From Laetmonice hystrix (Eukaryota), in assembly GCA_965235115.1 (NCBI GenBank), contig OZ249436.1, positions 25,918,001 through 25,982,000 of the forward strand: a DNA stretch of 64,000 nt. The letters are read 5' to 3'. The translations under genes and the position numbers were made by a program. Below are positions 23,424-35,700 of the stretch, one piece after another (within the stretch, counting starts at the first letter, position 1; each line of letters opens with the position of its first letter). The notes below the pieces were generated by a model that saw only the letters and a program-made list of their open reading frames with translations, ran no database searches and was not told where the DNA came from.

Positions 23424-25529
23424 TTCGAAGTCTGACAGTAGTGACAGACTACGGCAGTCTACGGCCGGGGACATGGCGTGCACTGCCACTGTCAAAGCGT
23501 CGGGCTACCGTTCAGCTAGCACACCCAGGCATATCTTCACGAACGGGCAGTTTTCTGCCCGTTTGGGAGTTGTGACGTCAAAAAAAAAAGACAACCGGAA
23601 CGACAGATCACTTAGCAACAGGCCGTACGACCATGGTGATATTGTCACGTCACAATCAGTAGACTTAGGAACCATGGTGATATTATCGCGTCACAATCAG
23701 TAGACGTAGAAAAAACAATTTGGCATCGGTGTGCGCCAATGAGAGCAAGTCGCTCTTTGGCCAATGAAATGGGCTAACGCGCTGCTGTGTACCGGTCTCT
23801 ATCTCCGACCGATAGGAGTTGAGCAGGGAACCAGTCAGACTTTGAGGGAGATGCTGCCCCCCAGTGGGGACTTTGAGAACTAAAGCCTGTTGTAACGGAT
23901 ACTGGGAAAAAGGCAACAAACAAGATGGCAGCAGCCATGTGGAGGGAAACGCTAGACCTCCCGCTGCAAACTGAAAATATAGACTAAATAGGGACCAAGG
24001 AGTTTTCACGGAGACATTGACTTACGGCTGGAATGAGAGATTGAACTGTGAGAATCAACATGTGACGCAGAAGAAACCCGCAACTCATTAAACAAGAACT
24101 TTAATTTCAACCAGCTGTAATTTGTCTTCTGTCGAGACCTTTGGGCCATCCCTTAAAGGCCGGCATTCGTTACCACCCGGTAACGTTGACCCCGGCTGGC
24201 CCTGCTCCACTGGTCAAGTCTAATGCGGCCCCCCCATAGGGAGTGTAAGGTGGGCAGATGGGCAGCAGTGAGCGGGGCTGCACTGAGCAAACATACACAC
24301 TGGCCCGGCTATATTTATAAGAAAGCCTGCACAACCCTGTGTGGCTGACACATTGGACCTGTCCCGGTGCTCAAACTCGTCAGTTACAGATACTTTCAAA
24401 ACTCAAATGACTCTTATCAATACAGTTCATGCATTATGTTTCTTGAAAATTGTAGATAACCTGCTACACACGTTCACAATTACTTGTGACAAATATCAAA
24501 ACTTTTGAAGGAATATAACCAGTAGAAATTGAGACAAGAATGGGAGATGACGGTTTGTTGTTGATGGGTTCAAACGTGAGTGCTGACTGCCATGTTGCTG
24601 GGAGTAACGGCTTTTATAGTCGCGGGCGGTCTTTAAGCATAACCACGGCAGACTCGAACACGGGCAACTTCAATGAAGAGTCCGTGGCTGCCGCCACACC
24701 GTGGATCGACACGCTCGCACCACCATCCATCGGTTGGCGCCATGAATCATGACATTTGTGTTTGCAAATAGGGAAGAGAATAAACGACGGGGACTCATTG
24801 GAGGAAATAGGGAGCCGAAGTCTCGCGGCACAGTTATGGATTTTCTGGATAGGAGGTACAAATGGAGCGTCAATGTTCACACACAATTGTTGCGTCACAA
24901 ATTTCCCCATTGGTTTAACATAGGATGAAGAGACATCGTTCCAAAGATCGGCCTAGTCTTGAAGATTTTTGTGTTGTTATGTATAACAGTTATTTATTCA
25001 AGCATTAAACAGGTTGATACAAATATCTGGGAAGGTTTCATTACAAAGGGCAGCATAATTACAGAGAAATCACGAGTTGAAGTTGGCAGTCGCCGTTCCC
25101 TATGGCCAGCGCAATGCTAAACAAGCGTGAGCGATAATGACGTGTCAACAAAATCGACTTTTATCGCGTTGTAACGCAACATCTCGTGACCTACTTCGGC
25201 TCCCTATAGGTCGCCATTCACTCCGTAGATTTTTAGCAAAAGCAAAGTTCTCCGCTGATGCGGAAACTTTGTAAACAGAAGCACGTGTTGACGCCAATGT
25301 CTTCCTCGGCCCTTCCGAGGCTGGTGAGGGTGCCCAGGACGGCACGGTATTGATAGGAGATATCTAGGTGTGCACGGTGTCGCTGGATGATATGTTTTTG
25401 GGCTCTGAATTCGGCCTAGCTAGGCTTTTATTCCTCGGATTTGGGCCAATTTTAATTCTCGGAAATTGGGCGGATCTCAGAAACACTGACATGCCTGTTA
25501 TTGTGTGTATTCGTCATCCCCCTTTTTTT

Positions 25530-28022
25530 TATTATCCCATCCCCTATCCAGGGGATGGGATCTAGAAATTGTCTGGTTTCGGTTTCTGTATTATTATTAT
25601 TATCCCATCCCCTACGGAGGGGATAGGATTTAGAAATTGTGTGGTTTCGTCTTCTGTATTATTATCCCATCCTCTACGGAGGGGATGGGATTTAGAAATT
25701 GTGTGGTTTCGTCTTCTGTATTATTATTATCCCATCCCCTACGGAGGGGATGGGATTTTCAAATTGTGTGGTTTCGTCTTCTGTATTATTATTTTTGGCG
25801 ATGTAGTAGTAGTTGTAGTAGTAAACAATACCGTCTATCTCAGTCACTTTTCAAGATATCTTAACCAAACTTGGGACATATCTTGACTATGACAAGGTCT
25901 GGTCGGAAAACGAGTTATGACGTCACGTCACGTCATGACGTTATGGTGTAAAGTGTGTTTTGCACGTTGAGGCCATTTTCTAGGCACATATTAGGAATTT
26001 TTAAAACCCTTCATGCCAGTGTAATCGGGCAAGGGTGATGCCTCAATCTGACACTTGATTTGACCTTTGACCTTAGGGAGAACTGGGTCCTTGGTCACAA
26101 ATCGGTTAAATCGCTACTCCTTCTTCATTTTGTGGTAAAATCTGTCAATATTGGGCAGATACACTCTCTAACGAAAGCTCCACAAGATGTTCATTAGGAT
26201 TTAGCGATTTCACCTATTTTCGCCGAACCACGTGACTTTGAAGTTTGTCAATTTTGACTTTTTTTCTAAAACTGCTTCAGTCATATAGGAATCGTCTATT
26301 TGGTGACTAGATATATGCCACTATTGACGATTGATCACTTTGCATATTTTTTTTTTTATAAATTTACCAATATTTTTTTATTTATGATGAAAAAATGTAA
26401 TCTGACGTTGACAGGCTCTACCTTGAAACGTGTTTAAGATATACATATACAAATACAACAATGCAATAAGATATACATATACAAATACAACAATTACAAA
26501 GTGTATAGATTCAGGTATACCACTGACTGTTTAGTTCTTTTCTTGGAAAGGTAATATGGACAGAATTGTAAGTTTTAATGGGTATAGTCTTCAAAATAAT
26601 ATTCTTACGTTCTGACAGTTGGCATCTCTGAATACACAAACCACCCGCTGGGAAGCCAGGGCCATGGTCGGCAGAGGGTTACAAGTGCTGGTGATAAGGG
26701 CCGGCCGCGGCCGGCCGGCCTACTCCCCCCTTCCTCCCAGTGAGGGAGGAATATGATTGTGTATTCAGGTTCTATCCCCCATGATAACTTTCCACGAAAT
26801 GTTTGGGCAGGGGTTAGGGTTAATGTCAGGGATAGGGATAGGGATAGGGTAGGGATATGTTTTGGGGAGGTGTAGGGACTGGGGTTAGGGGTTAGGGGTT
26901 AGGGATAAGGTCAGGGCCATGGATCTTTACTTTCCACCAAATTTCGTGGAGTTTAAGTTATCATGGGCGATATACCTGTATTCAGAACTGACTTAGCTGT
27001 GCCTTTGAACTGTAGGTGTAACTGCCTAATGCATTTGTTTTTGAATCTTATGTAGGAGAGCTGAATAAAACAATACTACTGATTGTTGGTTGTGGAGTTC
27101 AAGTGACACGACAAGCTTTTGGTCAGCTGCACTTGGTTTAGCCTGAGCCAACAGTCTGGTGTGGATGACATTCGCACCTATTGGTAAAGTTTCATGATGT
27201 ATGACTACGTGTTGGCTAAATGGCGAGAGATAGAAGTGAACGAACGGTGTGCACAGTAGACAGGTATGCAGTCGTCCTGGCGAGCGGCACACACAATAGA
27301 TGCAGCCATCACTTGAGCGTGTCTGCGGAGGGACAAGGGGAACGCTCTGTGAGAAATACTTAAGGACTGTTTATAGAAGAGGTACCTTCTCAGTCATATA
27401 ACATGCCAGCCATCGGGCGGCAGCTCTCAATCAAATGAGCCGGTCAGGGGCGGTCAGTTAATTGGACGTGGGCCATCGGCCAATGACCAGTGGCCATCCT
27501 TTAGACTGGGACTGGGGCAAAAACGTGAACGAGGGGAAGAGCACCAAGAGGGAGAGAGAGCCTAGGGGAGAAGGAGGAGAGAGAGCGCCGACCGGCGCAT
27601 GGGCACATCCCTCTATATCCCCACTCTTTTTTTTTTTTGAAGAATTGACAAAAAATTATTGTTTGGCTAGCCCCGGGTCCAGGATTTTCAGCAGAGGGGT
27701 CACGGGAAGTCTTTAAAAATTAAAAGCTCTTAGAAGAGATTTCCCGCCTTTTGGAGGCCATTTTAGGGCATCATATTTTATGGATTCATCACTCAACCAG
27801 TTCAAAATAGCCGGAATGCTTTGCTCTATACATGCTCTTTCATTTGAGACCAAGATTTATTACGTAGTATGACATGTCTCCTCATAATTGACATCTTCTA
27901 AAGCTTATAAGTCATTAACTGTGCAAGATTGAGCCATAGTTTACCCTACTCAAAACATGTCATATATCACATGACTCCCCGGGGATGGGATCAATTGTGG
28001 TATCGCCACAACGTGTCTAGTT
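25530..28022 (+). mobile_element. Helentron/DINE-1-like non-autonomous element with four stacked 5' hairpin modules
   Basis: 5' hairpins atcccatcccct-acgg-aggggatgggat (x4, 25532-25756), then a (GTA)n microsatellite. 3' sub-TIR ggggatgggat, hairpin ttgtgg..ccacaa and terminus TCTAGTT. Inserted after a T run. Inverted homolog of the units at 45408-48975 and 61167-64000. Confidence 0.75.
26766..26978. mobile_element. Palindromic MITE with GGGTTA centre and 4-bp TSD TATT
   Basis: TIR caggtt/atc(c/g)cccatgataactt. Copies at 47604-47810 and 63339-63545. Empty sites near 51105, 53278 and 60131. Confidence 0.8.
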
Positions 28023-29007
28023 ATTTGCGGAGTAGTAGTAGTAGTAAACAGGGGTCGTGTATCTCGGCCGTTTTTCAAGATATCTAAGTCAAACTTGGTG
28101 GACATGTTGATAGTCACCAACTCTGATCTGACAATGAGTCATGACGTCACACGACGTAACGTCATGACGTCATTCGTGTTCTGAATATTAGGACGGTTTT
28201 CAAGGTCAGTATTGATACTTTTGAGGAACTGATGACACAGTCTAAATTGGGCAAGGACCTAATTGATTTTTTTCAAAAATTTTGACCTTTGACATGTCTA
28301 AAAGCTAGGTCGAAGGTCAGAAAATGCTTAAATCCTATCTTCTTCCTCAATTTTCATTACAATTTCATGAAATTGCACAGGGATGGTCTCTAACGAGAGC
28401 TTCAAGGGAATTCGCTTTGCTACCATTGATTTGACCTATATTCGTTCAGTCACGTGACCTGAAAGACTTGAACAGAGGTCAATATAGATATATATGGCTA
28501 TAACTAAGAAACGGTGCCGGATAGGGCCATAGTTACTATTGAACACGAATAGGAAGTCATGTATGCTCTTTCAATTGACGCCAAGTTTGAGGACGTAGCA
28601 TGAAGTATGACGTCATAATGACGTCATCTATATTTTCTAAGGCCTAGAACTCCTCAATGGTGGGAGATAAAGCCATGATTACTATTGAACACGAATAGGA
28701 AGTCATGTATGCTCTTTCAATTGACGTCAAGTTTGATGACGTATCGTGACGTATGACGTCATAATGACGTCATTGGTATCTTCTATGGCCTATAACTCGA
28801 AAACGGTGCAGTATAGGACCATAGTTACTATTGAACACGAATAGGAAGTCATATGTGCTCTTTCAATTGAGACCAAGTTTGATGACGTAGTGTGACGTAT
28901 GACGTCATAAGGACGTCATCAATATTTTCTAAGGCCTATAGCTTGTAAATGGTGGGAGATAAAGCCATGGTTACTTCTGAACATGAATAGGAAGTCATAG
29001 ATCCTCT

Positions 29008-29744
29008 TGTTGCCGCCATTTCATGGTGGCAAGGGGTCCCGCGAACCGGTGACCTGAGGAGGTTAATTTGCATAGTGCTAACAGGCGGGTCGGTCGGTGC
29101 AAGTGACCGCTGGTCAGTGCATTCCACCACCGGCATTCGAGACATACGCAGTAGTATTTTCACGGCACCCCATGCGGGGTAATTGGTATGTACATGTCTA
29201 CCATGTAGTTCAATCACTTTAGATTTCTGGAACATTGCTTCGTATCTTGTTTAAAATAACTTTCAGTCTCTTGTTGTATTTAATATACGACACATATACG
29301 TTTATGTCCAAGTATGACGACGTAGTTGGTGACTTTTTTCAGTTATGGTTACGCCATGGCCGGTAGGCCTATACAACGGTGGCAACGGTACGGCGGCCGA
29401 GTATGCCCACGATTCTGTAACTGTTCATGACACCTAGGGTTCCTATTTAATTTGTGTACGGACATGTATGTTAGAAGCTTACTAGGTTCTTTCGTTGTGA
29501 AACGGCGCATTTATACTGTTTGGTGAAGATATTGATATATGGCAAACTTTATTGGTGTTGATTATGACAACTTTATATATATATAGAGTCTTCTGACTGA
29601 TATCAGTATAAAAAGAGTGTAATATCGTCTTTTTTGTTTCATTTCTTTAGTTTCATCATGTACCTGAGGACGCATGCGTAGACAGAGTGGGAAAATAAAT
29701 GTTGGCAGAGTCTTTTGGTGTCGTTTTGTTGGCCGCGCGTAACA
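29008..29744 (+). repeat. 5' LTR of BEL/Pao 2 (737 bp)
   Basis: Direct repeat of 37351-38067. Confidence 0.95.
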
Positions 29745-29766
29745 GTGAAAAGAATCTGCAATAAAG

Positions 29767-32700
29767 ATGGAACAAGCTAAAGTCGTACGAAGGCAGAGGA
29801 AAGGGGTTCTGACCAGGCTTCGCGGGGTGATTGAGCGTCTGGTAACAGAAGAAGATGTCGACGGTGTGGGAGGAAAACTCGGTCAGATCAAGGACACTTT
29901 CCATGAATTTGAAGTAGCGCATGATAAATACCATGCTTTTCTGACCGAGGAAAATGCTATTGAAGAAAGTGAGAACTGGTTTAGAAAAGTTGAAATTGAT
30001 TACATTATCTGTGTTAAATCGGCGCGATCTTGGTTAAGGTCACTCTCAGATCACGACAGCGAAAGGGATCGGTCAGGCTCACATGGTACGAAAGAAGACC
30101 TAATCAACCTGTTATCAATACCCAAAGTAGAGATTGATACGTTTACAGGGGATCCATGAGAGTACCAAACCTTTATGGCAGTATTTGATGAAACTGTAGG
30201 AAATAAGGATGTCAAGGATCAAGTGAAGTTAACCCGTTTGTTGCAGTACACCTCAGGCGCAGCTAAGGCGGCTATCCGAAATTGTGCACTTGTTGGGGGT
30301 CATGAAGGTTACACGCAGGCGCTTGAAATTTTGAGTAACCGGTTTGGGAATCCTCACTTGATATCGCAGCGTATAATTTCTGACTTGAAAAATGGTAAAC
30401 CAGTTTCGAAAGGCACAGATATTCAGCAACTAGCAGATGACCTCTCAACAGCTGTAACTGCACTTGTAGATATAGATATGTCTAGTGAAATCGAGAATCA
30501 GCAGAGTATTCTGGATGTTTTACAGAGGTGCCCACCATATATGCGTAGCCAGTGGCGGGGTAAAGCTCTAGACTACAAACAGGAGAAAGGAGTTTATCCT
30601 AAATTTGCAGACTTTGTGGACTTTGTGTCAGAGAAAGCCAGTCAGGCTTGTGATCCAGTATATGGTAATGGGGTCATTCCATATGAACTCAACCAAAATT
30701 GAGAAATCTTCCCGGGTCACCGACTCAGATTTGGCTGAATTTTTTTTTCAGAGTACCTCTACACATATAATGAACACATGCAAAATTTTAGGCTTCAACT
30801 CCCAAGGGTTTCTGAGATATGCCTCTCTGAACATGGTGGGGGGTAGCCCACTTTTTGCACTCGCAAATCGCGGACGTTAATTTGTAGGGGCATTTGGAGG
30901 CCAATAGCTTGAAAATAATCTGTCATCGAAATTGGTCTACCTCTTCTCATTTCTGTGTTATTGGCCTCCCAAATATGAATCTTTTTATGGCCGAAAATAC
31001 AAAATTCAATTTTCAAGGACCCCCCGTCAGCCCAGGACCAGAGGGTAAATGATGCTGGATTCCTTTTATTTAGGGACAGATCTGTTAGCAGTAGGAATAT
31101 TGACTATATTAAAGACTTAATATAGGAGTTACGAGCCTCTGAAATGGGTCTCAGCCGGAAAAAATGAGTTTTTTGCCATTATTTGGTTGACAAGCTCACC
31201 ATGTGGGCAATTGCTGAAGGTTATGAAACTTTTTCTATATAATTTTCTATAACTTACCTGTATTTGTTTGAAATTTCAACTTGTTTTTTCATTTCGTTCT
31301 CTTTTAAATAATTTTGTTAAATGTAGGCATTTTTGAACCAATGGCAAAAAAGTTGATGTCTTCGAATTTCTTTAAATTTTAACCACATATTTGATAGCCA
31401 TATTTGGCTACCTCTGCAAAATTGCTAAGCATTTGCATGAAAATTGTGTCTCTGGGGCCTCCAAATATGAGGTGGGGGGTTGTCGACAAAAGCGCACCAC
31501 TAATTCTGAGTAGGTTTTCAAACACCTCTAACTTTAAGGCTTTTAAATTTAGAAGGCTGAAATTTGCTTTGCTTACAGACAGTCTGGTGTAGAATAGGCC
31601 TAGAAAAGATTGAAGAGATATGTGAAAGGGTCTTGGCAGCATAATTGTCTGAAAATGGGAAAAAAATAAGTTTTACAGTTTCCGGTTGCTCAGCAATTTT
31701 AAGAATAATAATCTCTGTATATCTGTTGACCCTTATACTAGTTACCAATATGTCTGACAATAGATACTTGGCAATTTGGATACTGTAAGACATTTACATG
31801 GAGAAAATGACTGGTAAAACCCTACTCGAAAAGATTAAAACTGATTTTTTCCCATTTTCAGACAATTATGCTGCCAATACCCTTTCATAGATCTCTAAAA
31901 TCTTTTGGAGGCCTATTCTACACCAAACTGTCTGTAAGCAGAGCAAATTTCAACCTTCTAAATTTAAAAGCCTTGAAGTTAGAGGTGTTTAAAAACCTAC
32001 TCAGAATTAGTGGTGCGCTTTTGTCGACAACCCCCCACCTCATATTTGGAGGCCCCAGAGACACAATTTTCATGCAAATGCTTAGCAATTTTGCAGAGGT
32101 GGACAAATATGGCTATCAAATATGTGGTTAAAATTTAAAGAAATTCGGACACATACTTTTTTGCCATTGGTTCAACATGGAATGACCCATCTGTGAATGT
32201 CAAAAAAACCGCCTACATTTAACAAAATTATTTAAAAGTGAACGAAATGAAAAAACAAGTTGAAATTTTAAACAAATACAGGTAAGATATATACAATTAT
32301 ATAGAAAAAGTTTCATAACCTTCAGCAATTGCCCACATGGTGAGCTTGTCAACGAAATATTTGCAAAAAGCCGAGACCCAGCCGAGACCCTTTTCAGAGG
32401 CTCTTAACTCCTATATTAAGTCTTTAATATAGTCAATTTTCCTACTGCAGACAGATCTGTCCCCAAATAAAAGGAATCCAGCATCATTAACCCTCTGCAG
32501 GTGATCCTGGGCTGACAGGGGGTCCTTGAAAATTGAATTTTGAAATTTCGGCCATAAAAAGATTCATATTTGAGAGGCCAATAACACTGAAATGAAAAGA
32601 GGTAGACCAATTTCGATGACAGATTCTGAAAGCCTGGGTCTCAATTACCCTGGCTAGCAAGTTTCATCCCAAACCTTTGATTTATTTTCAAGTTATTGGC

Positions 32701-35700
32701 CTCCAAATCCCCCTACAAATTAATCTCTGCGATTTGCGAGTGCAAAAAGTGGGCTACCCCCCACCATGTTCTGAGGGTCATATCTCAGAAACCCTTGGGA
32801 TTTGAAGCTTAAAATTTTGCATGTGGTCATTTATAATGTACAGGTACTCCCACAATTTTTTTGAGCCAAATCTGAATCGGTGACCCGGGGACCTCTGGTT
32901 GAGTTCATATGGAATGACCCAAATTTGACGCATTTAAGTGTGATAAAGCTAAGATCGTAAAGGGATCAAATTTCAACAACATAACAAATGAGTCTCATTC
33001 CAACCAGTACAGGAGGGATCATATGATGTCCACCTCTAAGACAGTGTCCACTCCATGTGTTGTATGTAAGCAGCTTCACAGGTTGTTTAACTGTGACGAA
33101 TTTAAGAAAATGCCAGTGTCTGCTAGGTTTGAAGTGGTAAGAGCTCATAAACTGTGCTATAATTGTCTATTGGAGGGACATTTCGCTGGGGAATGTAGAA
33201 AGCTTTCGGTATGTTCAGTTCCGGGCTGTGGCAAACGGCACACAAAATTTATCCACTTTGACAGAAATAGCCACGGGGCGGGTGCTGAAAGGGTCAGTGT
33301 CGAGGACGCAGTCATGAGCAACGTCAGTGCAGGTTCTGTTACGTCAGGTGTATACTTGCCTATGGTACCGGTAGTAGCAAATGGTCAATGCCAAGCGTAT
33401 GCACTTCTGGATTCCGGGTCAACCAATACCTTTGTTTCTGAGAGGCTAGTGAGTCTGACCGGTAAGGTAGTACGGTACACAATGAATACCATCTCGGGTC
33501 AAGGTACAATGTGTTCTAGGTCTGTCCCATTGCATTTGTCTTCCATTGAAAATGCCAATGATTTGACTTTGACTAATGTGTTAGTAATACGAGATATTCC
33601 TGCGCGTTACCCACGACGGCAGCTCAATTTAAGTGAGTACTCGCATCTACAGGGTTTGCCTATTGAACCGGTAGGACAAGATACAAAAGCAGACATTATA
33701 ATAGGCATGGACAATGCACATGTTTTGATGCCGATCGAAGTCCGTAGTGACCCAACACGCACAAATGCTCCATATGCTACACTTACCTATTTGGGGTGGT
33801 CCCTAAATGGTCCATGGGATGGTGGTACTGGTAGGCAGGACGTGCAGTGTCATTTTATAGATATTGAGAGGCAGGTTGAGAACTTATGGAAAGTGGATCT
33901 GATAGATAGTGATGTCCAAGCGCATTCTGTGAATGATCATAAAGTGCTAGACCTCTGGGATAAAGAAACTAAGTATGACAAGGGTCATTATGTCGTTCCT
34001 GTACCCTGGAAGCAGGGTCGGCCTAGCCTACCCGAGAATAAGTACGTTGCTTTGCACCGATTGCGAGGTCTTCATAATCGTTTGGAGAAGACAAACATGC
34101 TTGAGAGCTACACTCGAGAAGTAGATAAGTTCTTAAATAAGGGTTGCGCCGAACCTGTCCCAGAAGGTGAACTCAGTGTATCAAATGGTTCAATATGGTA
34201 TCTGCCTCATCACGGGGTAGTTAGTGAGTCAAAACCTGGCAAGTTACGTGTTGTCTTTGATTGCGCCGCAACCCATGCTGGTGTGAGTTTAAATAGCGAG
34301 TGCTTTCAGGGACCAGACTTGAACAATAAACTTGTTAGTGTGTTACTGAGGTTCCGGCAATACAAATACGCTATAATGGCCGATATTGAAGGCATGTACA
34401 TGCAGGTGAAGATTCCTCTGGAGAATCGCAACGCATTGAGATTCCTCTGGTATGACGGTGAATCCATTAAGGAATATCGTATGTCATCACATGTGTTTGG
34501 AGGTGTGTGGTGCGCCAGCAGTAGCACGTACGCCCTCCGTCGTACTGTAGACGACTTCCCTGTCAGTGATCTTGTTAAAGACACCGTGCGCCGGGCCTTT
34601 TATGTCGACGACATGTTAAAATCAGTGCCCCTGTATGAGGAAGCATGCAGTGTGATAAATGATACTAAAGTAGCTTGAATCAGGGAGGGTTCAACTTGAC
34701 GAAGTTCGTCGTCAATGACACATCTTTGTGGGGGCATATAAGAGTAGAGGATCGGGCGCAAGAAATAAAGGAACTCATGCCCGAAATGGTTAGCAAAGTG
34801 TTAGGCATTAAGTGGGACATTCTTGGTGACTGTTTTTATTACGTCAGCAAGTTGAAGACAGATTCTACTATCGTGTCACGCCGAAGCATACTAAGCCAAG
34901 TCTCATCCATGTATGATCCTTTGGGTCTTGTCGGGCCGATAGTGCATTGTGGCAAGGTTCTGTTTCAGGAAGCCACGCGTTTGAAGATAAGTTGGGATGA
35001 ACCAGTGCCCATGGAGCTCGCTCAGAAATGGACGAGTTGGCAGGCTTCTCTCTGTGGTATTGAAAGGTTAAAATTTGATCGATGCCTTGTCTCGGAGAAA
35101 TTTGTTGATGGTTCTGTTGAGCTCCATTACTTTTGTGACGCTAGTCAGGTAGGGTATGGGGCCTGTGCTTACCTCAGAGCTGTCAATCACTGGGGGCAAA
35201 TCCGAGTTCGTCTCGTAATAAGCAAAGGACGTCTAGCACCGCTGAAACAATTGACCATTCCACGGCTTGAGCTATCTGCTGCTCTAGTGGCCGTGAAACT
35301 TGATAGCTTAATCAGGCGTGACATAGACATAAATGTGACCAGATCTCTATTCTGGTCTGACAGCCAAATTGTCTTGGCGTACATTCGAAATGAGGATCGA
35401 CGTTACAAGGTGTTTGTGGCCAATCGAGTATCAGCCATACACCAGTGTTCCACACCTGATCAATGGCACCACATCAAGGGTGATGAAAGTCCAGTGGATG
35501 TGCTATCACGCGGGTGTACAGTAGATAAGCTACCAGAAGCGTGGGTTGCGGGTCCTGTTTCTTGTATCAGTACAAATCTCAGTGGCCTAACAAAAAAGTC
35601 TAATTATGCGGAGCAGTTAGAGGGTGACCCTGAGGTGTGTTCACATGTTTGCACGTCAAATTCTGGGACTGAAGAGGAAATGGTCAATGGGGCACTTAAC

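Noticed and set aside
24614..24910. Possible THAP-domain remnant (CAA..F..FP..W)
   Set aside because: Key Cys/His and AVP residues are not present; too weak to call by eye.
27026..27292. 88-aa ORF recurring at 47272-47556 and 63025-63291
   Set aside because: Conservation follows from recent duplication, the ORF is broken in other units, and no domain was recognised.
31379..32131. Mirror-image ORF pairs on opposite strands
   Set aside because: They arise from the foldback arms; no coding signature.
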